The position numbers and the translations under genes are program-made. A DNA stretch of 64,000 bases from Bacteroidales bacterium (GTDB taxonomy: Bacteria; Bacteroidota; Bacteroidia; Bacteroidales; VadinHA17): positions 135,625 to 199,624 of the forward strand of contig JBEKFE010000004.1 in NCBI GenBank assembly GCA_050013475.1, written 5' to 3'. Positions 30,520 to 40,898 of this stretch are shown here, one piece after another (within the stretch, counting starts at the first letter, position 1; the number at the start of each line of letters is the position of its first letter). The notes under the pieces were generated by a model. The model made no database searches and was not told the origin of the DNA. It was given only the letters and a program-made list of their open reading frames with translations.

Positions 30520-31434
30520 TTAACTATTCTGTTTAAGGGTCGATACCTTTTTAATAAAATCAGCAGGGTCTCTCGATATAACGATTCTTTCCGGGGCTCT
30601 TCTGTCGGCAACTCCGGGATAATCGGTGAAGATTATTTTTTTAATTGATAATGATCTGCCTATAGTGCCAAAATAATCGATCTTCTTCTTGGCAAAATCG
30701 AATGCCCCGGAATTGACCACCAGGTAGTCGAACGGTTTTATCCTGAATATCTCATTTACTTCGGAGGGGGGAAGGACTCCGCCTGTGAAAATTACATTGA
30801 ATCCTCTTTTCTTTAGGATATACTTGTAAAAGAGAAAATTATTGTCCGACAGGTTATCTGATGTATTGACCATTGCCACGACATTTGGTGATTTTTCATT
30901 TGAGGCTTTAAGATTATTGTCTTCAAGTATTATAATCTTTTTTATGATATTCCTTATAAACTGTTCCTGCGCCCTGGAAAGGCTGCCTGTCTGCCAGAGT
31001 ATGCCTGCCTTCGTCAAAAGAGGATGCAGGTAGCCAACATAGGCCTCTTCTATTCCATAGCGCCTGATAAATGGCATAAGGGCATCAATAAACTGTTCCT
31101 CATTGAATTTAAGGGCAGACATAAGTAGCTTACCTGGCTGGAAATCCTGGTCAGGGTCATCGTTACGGCTGCTGACATCCATCACCTTACCTGTCAGCTG
31201 GTCCTCATCAAGTGCTGCGATCTTTGAGATCTTAAGCCCGTTCCTGTTCAGGAAGGCAACATTCAGTATCTTTTTCAGTTCGGATTCACTGTACATCCTT
31301 ATATTGGAGTCGGTACGATCGGGTTCTAGAATACTGTATCTTTTTTCCCAAATCCTTATCGTATGTGCCTTTATTCCTGAGAAATTCTCAAGATCCTTTA
31401 TTGAATAGACATTCAATCCTTGTTCCATCTTCAT
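30520..31434 (-). CDS. MerR-family transcriptional regulator with B12-binding-like C-terminal domain
   Basis: N-terminal MerR HTH (YSIKDLENFSGIKAHTIRIWEKRY). The C-terminal Rossmann-like segment resembles CarH-type modules but lacks the His ligand motif. Confidence 0.65.
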   Translation of the reverse strand: MKMEQGLNVYSIKDLENFSGIKAHTIRIWEKRYSILEPDRTDSNIRMYSESELKKILNVAFLNRNGLKISKIAALDEDQLTGKVMDVSSRNDDPDQDFQPGKLLMSALKFNEEQFIDALMPFIRRYGIEEAYVGYLHPLLTKAGILWQTGSLSRAQEQFIRNIIKKIIILEDNNLKASNEKSPNVVAMVNTSDNLSDNNFLFYKYILKKRGFNVIFTGGVLPPSEVNEIFRIKPFDYLVVNSGAFDFAKKKIDYFGTIGRSLSIKKIIFTDYPGVADRRAPERIVISRDPADFIKKVSTLKQNS

Positions 31435-31513
31435 TGTATCCGTTAGGTATACTACCTGCTATCAAACAGGTCTTTAGATACAACAAACAATTTGAGGATT
31501 TGTTTACAAATAA

Positions 31514-31882
31514 TCAGATAGTCCCCTCAACAAGAATTCTTCTGACAGTTCTTGTGTTGTCAGAGAATGTTATGGCGACAAGGTACATTCCCCTTTTGGT
31601 ATTTTCGAGAATGATCTTTGTGGTAAAGATGGGGGTATTATATTTTGTCATGAAAATATCCTGACCTATTATGTTAGTGATCTTTATCGATGAAATTTCC
31701 TTATCACTTTTTATGGTGAATGAATTTTCCCTTACCGGGACCGGATAAATACTGATATTGACATCATTTTCGTCAAAGCGATAACCCTTGCTCATCTGCC
31801 CGGGAAGGCTTATGGAGTCTCGCTGACCGTAGGAGGTAAAAGCACAAAGAAACAGAATGAAAATGAGTAAAACCTGCTTCAT
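31514..31882 (-). CDS. small secreted protein consisting almost only of a T9SS C-terminal sorting domain
   Basis: Signal peptide MKQVLLIFILFLCAFTSYGQ. CTD-like beta-sandwich sequence (IYPVPVRENSFTIK...GMYLVAITFSDNTRTVRRILV). Confidence 0.6.
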   Translation of the reverse strand: MKQVLLIFILFLCAFTSYGQRDSISLPGQMSKGYRFDENDVNISIYPVPVRENSFTIKSDKEISSIKITNIIGQDIFMTKYNTPIFTTKIILENTKRGMYLVAITFSDNTRTVRRILVEGTI

Positions 31883-31934
31883 AAGCGACCTTTTAGGTAT
31901 TTTACTGCAAAAATTGTGCAAATGTTTCAATAAA

Positions 31935-32708
31935 TCAATTAAAATGCTTTAAATATTCATTTGCTCTCTCCAGATCTTCAGGTACATCTATCCCGATTCC
32001 TTCCCACGAAGTAACGGCGGTCCTTATTCTGTAACCATTCTCGAGCCACCTGTTCTGTTCAAGAGATTCTGCGGTTTCGAGAGGGCCCGGGAGCAGTGAA
32101 GTCAATTCCATCAGCGTCTTCTTCCTGTACGCATAAACTCCGATGTGCTTATAGAAGGTATGTCTCGCAAGCCAGTTCTCCTGTTCCTCTCCCCTGATGA
32201 ACGGTATCGGTGAACGGCTGAAATAAAGAGCGTCCCCTGAAAGAGAGACTGCAACTTTTGTCTCATTTATATTGAATATATCGGCTGTCTCTTTGATCCC
32301 GCTGATCAAAGTTGCAATTTCCACCGAGCTGTCCGCAAAACATGAGGCGATCAGCCTTATCTGTTCAGGCAGAATAAATGGTTCATCTCCCTGGATATTT
32401 ACAATGATCCCGGGTTCGATCCCTGTCTCCCTTGCAATGATATCTGCAGCTTCTGCACATCTGTCAGTCCCGCTGCGGTGAGTAGCTGATGTCATTACAG
32501 CTTTACCTCCGAATTTTTTTACAGCCTCCGTAATCCTTTCATCATCAGTGGCAACATAGACTGAATCGAGCGCTATTGATACCTGTTCATATACCATCCT
32601 GATCATTGGCTTGCCGCCAATGATGGCCAGCGGCTTACCGGGGAACCGCGTTGAGGCGAACCGGGCAGGTATAATGCCCGTGAAATGAGGTCCTGTAACT
32701 GTTTTCAT
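31935..32708 (-). CDS. kdsB: 3-deoxy-manno-octulosonate cytidylyltransferase
   Basis: IIPARFASTRFPGKPL N-terminus and conserved GDEP motif (NIQGDEPF). Confidence 0.9.
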   Translation of the reverse strand: MKTVTGPHFTGIIPARFASTRFPGKPLAIIGGKPMIRMVYEQVSIALDSVYVATDDERITEAVKKFGGKAVMTSATHRSGTDRCAEAADIIARETGIEPGIIVNIQGDEPFILPEQIRLIASCFADSSVEIATLISGIKETADIFNINETKVAVSLSGDALYFSRSPIPFIRGEEQENWLARHTFYKHIGVYAYRKKTLMELTSLLPGPLETAESLEQNRWLENGYRIRTAVTSWEGIGIDVPEDLERANEYLKHFN

Positions 32709-32785
32709 TCCGCAAATTTACTAAAAATGCATTTCCCAATATTCTAAAAATGTAGTAAATTCGCAGGATTATTAAATGGGGGATA

Positions 32786-34027
32786 ATGGAGCTTCAGAGC
32801 ATTAAACAGAGGTTTGGGATCATTGGCAATTATATAGGTCTTAACAGGGCGATTGATATTGCTTTGCAGGTAGCGCCCACCGATCTCTCTGTTCTGATAA
32901 CTGGCGACAGCGGAACCGGTAAAGAGGTGTTCCCGCAGGTGATCCACAGTTTCAGTACCAGAAAACATGGCCAGTACATAGCGGTAAACTGTGGTGCGAT
33001 ACCGGAAGGGACAATCGATTCCGAGCTGTTCGGACATGAAAAGGGCTCATTCACGGGGGCCACCGACAGCAGGAAAGGCTACTTCGAGGTTGCAGACGGG
33101 GGGACGATATTTCTCGATGAGGTGGCTGAGCTGCCATTATCAACACAGGTCAGGTTGCTCAGGGTACTTGAGACAGGTGAGTTCATAAGAGTAGGTTCAT
33201 CGAAGGTTCAGAAAACAAATGTCAGGGTTATTGCCGCAAGCAATGTTGATGTCCCCACCGCAATTGAAAACGGAAAATTCAGGGAAGACCTTTTCTACAG
33301 GCTCAATACAGTGCCGATAAAAGTGCCCGCTTTACGCGAAAGAGGAGAGGATATACTTCTGCTGTTCAGAAAATTTGCAGTCGATTTTGCCGAAAGGTAC
33401 CGGATGCCTTCCATACGGCTTACAAAGGAGGCACAGGCAATTATGCTCAATTATAACTGGCCTGGTAATGTAAGGCAGCTTAAAAATGTGACTGAACAGA
33501 TCTCGATAATTGAGAATGAAAGAGAGATCGGTGCTGAAATCCTAAAAGGTTACATTCCTGATTATCTTGGAGTTAAGCTCCCTGCCATTTTCCACAGGCA
33601 GGAGGAGAAATCTTTCTCATCTGAAAGGGAGATCCTCTACAAGATCCTTTTCGATATGAAAAGCGATATGAACGACCTTAAAAAGCTTGTGCTCGATATG
33701 CTGCAGAAGGGAGGCGGTGAAGCCACTTTCAGCGAGGACAGCTCCAAAGTGATAAAAAATCTCTTTGGTGAAGGAAAGATCGAGAATAATATCAGACCCA
33801 TGCAGGATAATGAAGCTGTCGAATATCCCGCGCATCCTGTCCGGAACAATATCCAGGATACAGAAGAGATTGTTGAAGAATCCCTTTCGCTCTCGGATAA
33901 GGAGGTGGAACTGATAAACAAAGCCCTGGAAAAGCATAATCATAAAAGGAAACTTGCCGCCAGGGAGCTGGGCATTTCTGAAAGGACCCTTTACAGGAAA
34001 ATCAAGGAATATGGAATTGAATCATAA
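32786..34027 (+). CDS. sigma-54-dependent transcriptional activator (AAA+ plus Fis-type HTH, no sensory domain)
   Basis: Walker A GDSGTGKE, GAFTGA-type loop (GSFTGA), C-terminal HTH LGISERTLYRKIKEYGI. The AAA+ core begins about 20 aa from the N-terminus. Confidence 0.85.
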   Translation: MELQSIKQRFGIIGNYIGLNRAIDIALQVAPTDLSVLITGDSGTGKEVFPQVIHSFSTRKHGQYIAVNCGAIPEGTIDSELFGHEKGSFTGATDSRKGYFEVADGGTIFLDEVAELPLSTQVRLLRVLETGEFIRVGSSKVQKTNVRVIAASNVDVPTAIENGKFREDLFYRLNTVPIKVPALRERGEDILLLFRKFAVDFAERYRMPSIRLTKEAQAIMLNYNWPGNVRQLKNVTEQISIIENEREIGAEILKGYIPDYLGVKLPAIFHRQEEKSFSSEREILYKILFDMKSDMNDLKKLVLDMLQKGGGEATFSEDSSKVIKNLFGEGKIENNIRPMQDNEAVEYPAHPVRNNIQDTEEIVEESLSLSDKEVELINKALEKHNHKRKLAARELGISERTLYRKIKEYGIES

Positions 34028-34550
34028 AAAGACTTTTATCCTGGAAAACCAGCTTTGCCTGTTTGTCATCATGATCTCTTTATCATTCCTTCCCTCTTGT
34101 AAGGTCAGCTATACATTTTCCGGGGCAAGGATCGCTCCGCAGGTCAAAACGATGAGCATTCAGACTTTCCAGAACAGGGCCAGCCTGGTTCAGCCAGGAC
34201 TCACCAATTATATAACAAATGCACTTATTGATAAATGCAAGTCACAGACAAAACTTAACCTTATCAGTGGAGTGGGCGACGTGAATTTTGAGGGAGAGAT
34301 ATCCGATTATAATAGCAGGCCACTTACGGTAGGAGGCGATTCAAGAGCTGCAATGAACCGTTTTACTATCACCGTGAAGGTTAAATTCACAAATTCCGTT
34401 GAACCCGATCTTAGCTATGATAAAAGCTTTTCACGGTATCAGGATTATAGCGGCAGCAGTGACCTCAGTTCAGTCGAATCAACCCTGGTGGATGCAATTG
34501 TGGTATTACTCGTCGAGGATATTTTCAATGAAGCTTTTGTAAAATGGTAG
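34011..34550 (+). CDS. LptE-like lipoprotein
   Basis: Lipobox FLPSC. Size, sequence and position (before secG) resemble the Bacteroidota LptE family. The ATG at 34011 overlaps the upstream gene by 17 nt. Confidence 0.55.
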   Translation: MELNHKKTFILENQLCLFVIMISLSFLPSCKVSYTFSGARIAPQVKTMSIQTFQNRASLVQPGLTNYITNALIDKCKSQTKLNLISGVGDVNFEGEISDYNSRPLTVGGDSRAAMNRFTITVKVKFTNSVEPDLSYDKSFSRYQDYSGSSDLSSVESTLVDAIVVLLVEDIFNEAFVKW

Positions 34551-34556
34551 CACAAG

Positions 34557-35486
34557 GTGAACCGGAACGATTTCATAAGAATAATAAATGATCCCGCACG
34601 GATCGATCGTCAGATGACTGGAGAGGTTAAGGAACTGCTTGATCTTTTCCCCTGGTTCCACAGCGCACATCTTCTTTTACTGAAAGGCCTTCATAATACA
34701 GGTGACGTCAAGTTTGAAAACCAGCTTAAACAATCCGCAATTCATGTTTCCGACAGGGAAGTGCTCTATTATATCCTGCACAGACCATCACCTGATGAAA
34801 ATGGCAGATCAATAAATTCTGCTATAAATCAGATGGTTCAGCCTGACTTGCCTGATAACCAGCAGGTAGTTATTGAGAGCGGCAAGAACAGTGCAGACTT
34901 TATAAGTGAACTTGAAAAAACGTCGGTTGCCGTGGCCTGGCCCGAAGAGTCAATAGCTGCAGCGAACAGCCAAAAAGATACGATCGTTATGACAACCGAT
35001 TCGGAGATCGATGAATCGGGAAGTATAATGCTTGTAATTGATGATGGCGACGGTCATATAGAAGAGACAGTATTCTTTATGGATCCGTCAATACCCTCGC
35101 CCGTGCAGGAAGAGCTGCTTGAGCTGGAAGAGAATGGTCTTGAGCTATCTGAAGAGAGCCAGCCGCAGCAAGAGGCGAATGAAAACAATTCTTCCGGCAT
35201 TGAGAGCATAAAGCAATTGCAGGCAAAGCTAATCGATGATTTCATATTGCTTAATCCGAGAATTGAGCCCTCGAGGGAGAGATCAGACACTCTGAATGAA
35301 GATATCTCGAAGCCATTCGTTGAAGAAAAGGGAGCATTCATAACCGAAACGCTGGCAACCATATATATAAATCAGGGATACTATTCACGGGCAATAGATA
35401 TTTATGAGAAATTATGTTTGAAATTTCCGGAAAAAAGTAGTTACTTTGCGACTCAAATTGAGAAGGTAAAAGCGTTAATAAAATAA
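34557..35486 (+). CDS. hypothetical protein with acidic linker and C-terminal TPR-like helix pair
   Basis: GTG start. The C-terminus YINQGYYSRAIDIYEKLCLKFPEKSSY is TPR-like. No other motif recognised. Confidence 0.55.
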   Translation: MNRNDFIRIINDPARIDRQMTGEVKELLDLFPWFHSAHLLLLKGLHNTGDVKFENQLKQSAIHVSDREVLYYILHRPSPDENGRSINSAINQMVQPDLPDNQQVVIESGKNSADFISELEKTSVAVAWPEESIAAANSQKDTIVMTTDSEIDESGSIMLVIDDGDGHIEETVFFMDPSIPSPVQEELLELEENGLELSEESQPQQEANENNSSGIESIKQLQAKLIDDFILLNPRIEPSRERSDTLNEDISKPFVEEKGAFITETLATIYINQGYYSRAIDIYEKLCLKFPEKSSYFATQIEKVKALIK

Positions 35487-35493
35487 TGACAAG

Positions 35494-35871
35494 ATGGGAA
35501 TTTATGTTTTAGTTTCAGTTTTAATTATTGTTGCATGCTTTCTGCAGATACTGATCGTTCTTGTTCAGAATTCAAAAGGTGGAGGCCTTGCTGCTAATTT
35601 TACATCAGCAGGTCAGGCAATGGGCGTGAGAAAAACGGCTGATTTTCTTGAAAAATCTACCTGGACGATCGCTATAAGTATTTTTGTTCTGTGCCTGGTG
35701 GCAACTGCCGCTATTCCAAGGGGAGGTGACAGCCAGCACTCAAGGATAGAAACACAGATTCAGAATGCGGTCGATCCAAATGCAGTACCCACGCTTCCTA
35801 CAGCCACTCCTCCTTCTTCAGCAAAAGGGAGTACAACACAACAGACCGGAAAGGATCAACCTAAAAAATAG
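35494..35871 (+). CDS. secG: preprotein translocase subunit SecG
   Basis: Two TM helices with the conserved LVQNSKGGGL loop. Confidence 0.85.
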   Translation: MGIYVLVSVLIIVACFLQILIVLVQNSKGGGLAANFTSAGQAMGVRKTADFLEKSTWTIAISIFVLCLVATAAIPRGGDSQHSRIETQIQNAVDPNAVPTLPTATPPSSAKGSTTQQTGKDQPKK

Positions 35872-35892
35872 ACCTGATAGAAGATATAACTG

Positions 35893-35930
35893 AAAAGTGT
35901 CAGATTGTCACAAACTGACACTTTTTATTT
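35893..35930 (+). terminator. rho-independent terminator after secG
   Basis: 11-bp stem AAAAGTGTCAG / CTGACACTTTT followed by TATTT. Confidence 0.7.
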
Positions 35931-36114
35931 ATTCATCTAATGGATTGAAAAACAGATCAATGTCGTCGTTTTGATCCGAAACAGTTGTTTAAATGACAAT
36001 GACCCGGATATTTTTATGACAGAACAGGTGCAAAATGGCATTAAATTCCATTTGGCATAATATATGTTAATCAAATGACAGAAAATAAATGTCTAACTTA
36101 TAATACTAATAAAA

Positions 36115-36393
36115 ATGGCACAATTAAAAGGTAGAATACTGGCAGGAAAGGTATTGGTAAAACCTCACGAGGCTGAGGCCAAGACCGCGAGCGGAATTAT
36201 CATTCCGGATTCAGCAAAGGAAAAACCGCGTCAGGGGAAGGTAATACTTGTCGGGGCTGCAAAAAAAGATGAGGAGATGGAAGTGAAAAAGGGAGATGTC
36301 GTTCTTTACGGCAAATACTCAGGCCAGGAACTGACTATTGAGGGAGATGATTATCTTCTGGTTTCCCAGTCTGACATACTGTTTATTGCTTAA
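36115..36393 (+). CDS. groES: co-chaperonin GroES
   Basis: Conserved GroES sequence ([12 protein letters not shown], mobile loop), 92 aa. Confidence 0.95.
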   Translation: MAQLKGRILAGKVLVKPHEAEAKTASGIIIPDSAKEKPRQGKVILVGAAKKDEEMEVKKGDVVLYGKYSGQELTIEGDDYLLVSQSDILFIA

Positions 36394-36402
36394 TTTTTGT
36401 AA

Positions 36403-38055
<1,653 letters not shown>

Positions 38056-38098
38056 AACATATCACCGGCCCTCCTGAAGGGGGTCAGGAAACAGAATT

Positions 38099-38131
38099 AT
38101 GCCAGGGGAAAAACCTGGCATTAATTTTATT
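38099..38131 (+). terminator. rho-independent terminator after groEL
   Basis: ATGCCAGG-GGAAAAA-CCTGGCAT followed by TAATTTTATT. Confidence 0.65.
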
Positions 38132-38220
38132 GCCAATTCTTAACTTGTTGGAATGGTTTCATCGGTCATAAATTTGAGAGTCCCGCTTCGCGGGATCAGG
38201 GGCCAATGACTATATTTTTT

Positions 38221-38228
38221 TATATTTG
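38221..38228 (+). promoter_or_regulatory. putative -7 box (TATATTTG)
   Basis: TAnnTTTG match 26 nt upstream of the lepA ATG. Confidence 0.4.
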
Positions 38229-38254
38229 CACCGGATCAAAGTTAATCCCCAAGA

Positions 38255-40042
38255 ATGGATAATATCCGCAATTTCTGTATAATAGCACATATCGACCACG
38301 GAAAAAGTACACTGGCCGACCGCCTCCTTGAAATTACAAATTCGATTACTGACAGGGAATTTCAGGACCAGGTGCTTGACGATATGGAGCTTGAGAGAGA
38401 AAGGGGCATAACGATCAAGAGCCATGCGATCCAGATGGAGCATACCTTTGAGGGGGAAAAATATATTCTGAACCTTATTGATACTCCAGGTCATGTAGAC
38501 TTTTCATACGAAGTGTCCAGATCAATTGCAGCTTGTGAAGGGGCACTGCTGGTGGTAGATGCAACGCAGGGGATACAGGCACAGACCATCTCAAATCTTT
38601 ACATGGCAATTGAACACAACCTTGAAATAATCCCGGTGCTGAATAAAATGGACATGGCTAATGCCATGCCTGAGGAAGTTAAGGATCAGATCGTGGACCT
38701 GGTCGGCTGCTCGCGTGAAGATATAATTGAGGCAAGTGCAAGAACAGGTATGGGCGTCGACAGGATCGTGCATGATATTATTACAAGGATCCCTCATCCC
38801 AAGGGAGACCCTGATGCACCTTTCCAGGCTCTTATCTTCGACTCAATATTCAATTCATTTCGCGGAATAATAGCCTACTACAAGATAGTCAACGGCTCCG
38901 TGAAGAGGGGCGACCGTGTTAAGTTTTTCAGCACGGGCCATGAGTATAATGCCGATGAGATAGGAGTGCTGAAACTGAAGCAGGATCCAAAAGAGTACAT
39001 GGGAACAGGCGATGTAGGATATATTATATCAGGAATAAAAAACTCCGTGGAAGTAAAGGTTGGGGATACCATTACCCGGGTTGACCAACCCTGCGGGCAT
39101 GCAATCTCTGGCTTTGAGGATGTAAAACCAATGGTATTTGCAGGCATTTATCCGGTTGATGCAGATGATTATGAAGACCTGAGATCATCCATCGAGAAGC
39201 TTCAGCTGAATGACGCCTCTCTTTCATTCATTCCGGAATCTTCTGCTGCCCTGGGATTTGGTTTCAGATGCGGATTCCTCGGCCTGCTCCACATGGAGAT
39301 AATACAGGAACGGCTCGACAGGGAATTCAATATGGACGTAATAACCACTGTTCCTAACGTATCATATAAAGCATATACGACAAAAGGTGAGGAGATTGAT
39401 GTGCATAATCCATCCGGGCTGCCCCCAATTACCAATATTGAAAGGATCGAAGAACCTTATATAGTAGCACAGGTCATAACCCTTTCGGAGTATCTTGGTG
39501 CAATAATGAACCTCTGCATTGACAAGAGGGGAGTTCTCAGGAACCAGATATACTTAACACGCGACAGGGTAGAGGTCACCTTTGAGATGCCTCTGGCTGA
39601 GATCGTCTTCGATTTTTATGACAAGCTGAAAAGTATTTCCAGGGGATACGCCTCATTTGACTACTATTATACAGCTTATCAGAAAGCTGACCTTGTCCGG
39701 CTCGATATACTCCTCAATGGCGAAATGGTCGATGCATTATCGACCCTTATCCACAAGGGACATGCCTATGATTTTGGAAGGAAAATGTGTGTCAAGCTGA
39801 AAGAGCTTATTCCGCGTCAGCAGTTTGAGATAGCCATTCAGGCAGCAATAGGAGCAAAGATCATTGCCCGGGAAACTGTAAAGGCTGTCAGAAAAGATGT
39901 AACCGCCAAGTGTTATGGAGGAGATATCACAAGAAAGCGGAAACTGCTTGAGAAGCAGAAAAAGGGCAAGAAGAGAATGAGACAGATTGGGAACGTGCAA
40001 GTACCTCAGCAGGCATTCCTTGCAGTGCTTAAACTTGACTGA
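38255..40042 (+). CDS. lepA: translation elongation factor 4
   Basis: [11 protein letters not shown] and DTPGHVDF G-domain motifs. LepA-specific C-terminal domain. Confidence 0.95.
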   Translation: MDNIRNFCIIAHIDHGKSTLADRLLEITNSITDREFQDQVLDDMELERERGITIKSHAIQMEHTFEGEKYILNLIDTPGHVDFSYEVSRSIAACEGALLVVDATQGIQAQTISNLYMAIEHNLEIIPVLNKMDMANAMPEEVKDQIVDLVGCSREDIIEASARTGMGVDRIVHDIITRIPHPKGDPDAPFQALIFDSIFNSFRGIIAYYKIVNGSVKRGDRVKFFSTGHEYNADEIGVLKLKQDPKEYMGTGDVGYIISGIKNSVEVKVGDTITRVDQPCGHAISGFEDVKPMVFAGIYPVDADDYEDLRSSIEKLQLNDASLSFIPESSAALGFGFRCGFLGLLHMEIIQERLDREFNMDVITTVPNVSYKAYTTKGEEIDVHNPSGLPPITNIERIEEPYIVAQVITLSEYLGAIMNLCIDKRGVLRNQIYLTRDRVEVTFEMPLAEIVFDFYDKLKSISRGYASFDYYYTAYQKADLVRLDILLNGEMVDALSTLIHKGHAYDFGRKMCVKLKELIPRQQFEIAIQAAIGAKIIARETVKAVRKDVTAKCYGGDITRKRKLLEKQKKGKKRMRQIGNVQVPQQAFLAVLKLD

Positions 40043-40061
40043 GGAAAAGAAATTCAAAGAT

Positions 40062-40087
40062 TTCTTAACTTTTTCTTAACAATTTAT
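40062..40087 (+). promoter_or_regulatory. TTCTTAAC-N3-TTCTTAACAATTTAT phased direct repeat (motif family, copy c)
   Basis: Half-sites at 40062 and 40073 (11-nt phase). The 15-mer 40073-40087 is identical to 8326-8340. Confidence 0.4.
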
Positions 40088-40179
40088 TTGGAAATTATAA
40101 AATTTAACTACTTTAGTCCTCACGAATAGGGACAATATTTTTTAATATTACCTAACCCTGTAATCTAACCTAAATTATA

Positions 40180-40213
40180 CCCTGATCATTACCTCAATGA
40201 TCAGGGTTTTTTT
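40180..40213 (+). terminator. rho-independent terminator, 140 nt downstream of the lepA stop
   Basis: CCCTGATCATT-ACCTC-AATGATCAGGG followed by TTTTTTT. Abuts the stop codon of the convergent response regulator gene. Confidence 0.75.
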
Positions 40214-40898
40214 AATGGATCAGTTTGTACCCCTTTCCATGAACATTAAGTATTTTGACAGATGGATCCATCTTAAGGTATTTCCTGAGTTTTGTAATGT
40301 ATACATCCATGCTTCTGGCATTAAAATAGTTATCATCTATCCAGATAGCCTTTAATGCATAGTTTCTTTGCATGACTTCATTGCTGTGCCTGCAAAGAAG
40401 TTCAAGAAGTTCTGACTCCTTAGTCGTAAGTTTTATTGTCTGATCCCCGAAGGTCAGGAGTTGTTTCAACGTATCGAACCGGTACTCCCCGATCTCATAA
40501 TGATCCTGCTTTTTCTGTCCCGAAGGTTCGGAAACCCGCCTCATTATCGCCTCTATCCTGTAAATAAGCTCTTCCATTGAGAAAGGTTTGGTGATATAAT
40601 CATCCGCTCCAGTCTTAAAACCATCAATAATATCCTCCTTCTGATTTTTTGCCGTGAGAAAGATCACAGGTATATCAGGACTGATTTTTCTTATCTCCCT
40701 GGCAAGAGTTATTCCATCCATTTCAGGCATCATGATATCAAGGATGCAAATATCGAACACATCTTTTCTGAAGGCATCAAGTGCCTGCTTCCCATCGACC
40801 GTAAGGTTGGTTTCGAAATTCTTAACATTCAAATAATTCCTGAGTAGCTGTCCCAGGTTATTATCATCCTCTGCAAGAAGTATTTTTTTGATTTTCAT
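40212..40898 (-). CDS. OmpR/PhoB-family response regulator
   Basis: Receiver domain (LAEDD..., [14 protein letters not shown] in FLTAK) plus a winged-helix C-terminus. Confidence 0.9.
   Translation of the reverse strand: MKIKKILLAEDDNNLGQLLRNYLNVKNFETNLTVDGKQALDAFRKDVFDICILDIMMPEMDGITLAREIRKISPDIPVIFLTAKNQKEDIIDGFKTGADDYITKPFSMEELIYRIEAIMRRVSEPSGQKKQDHYEIGEYRFDTLKQLLTFGDQTIKLTTKESELLELLCRHSNEVMQRNYALKAIWIDDNYFNARSMDVYITKLRKYLKMDPSVKILNVHGKGYKLIH

Noticed and set aside
35931-36114. CIRCE (HrcA operator) upstream of groES
   Set aside because: No TTAGCACTC-N9-GAGTGCTAA-like inverted repeat is present.
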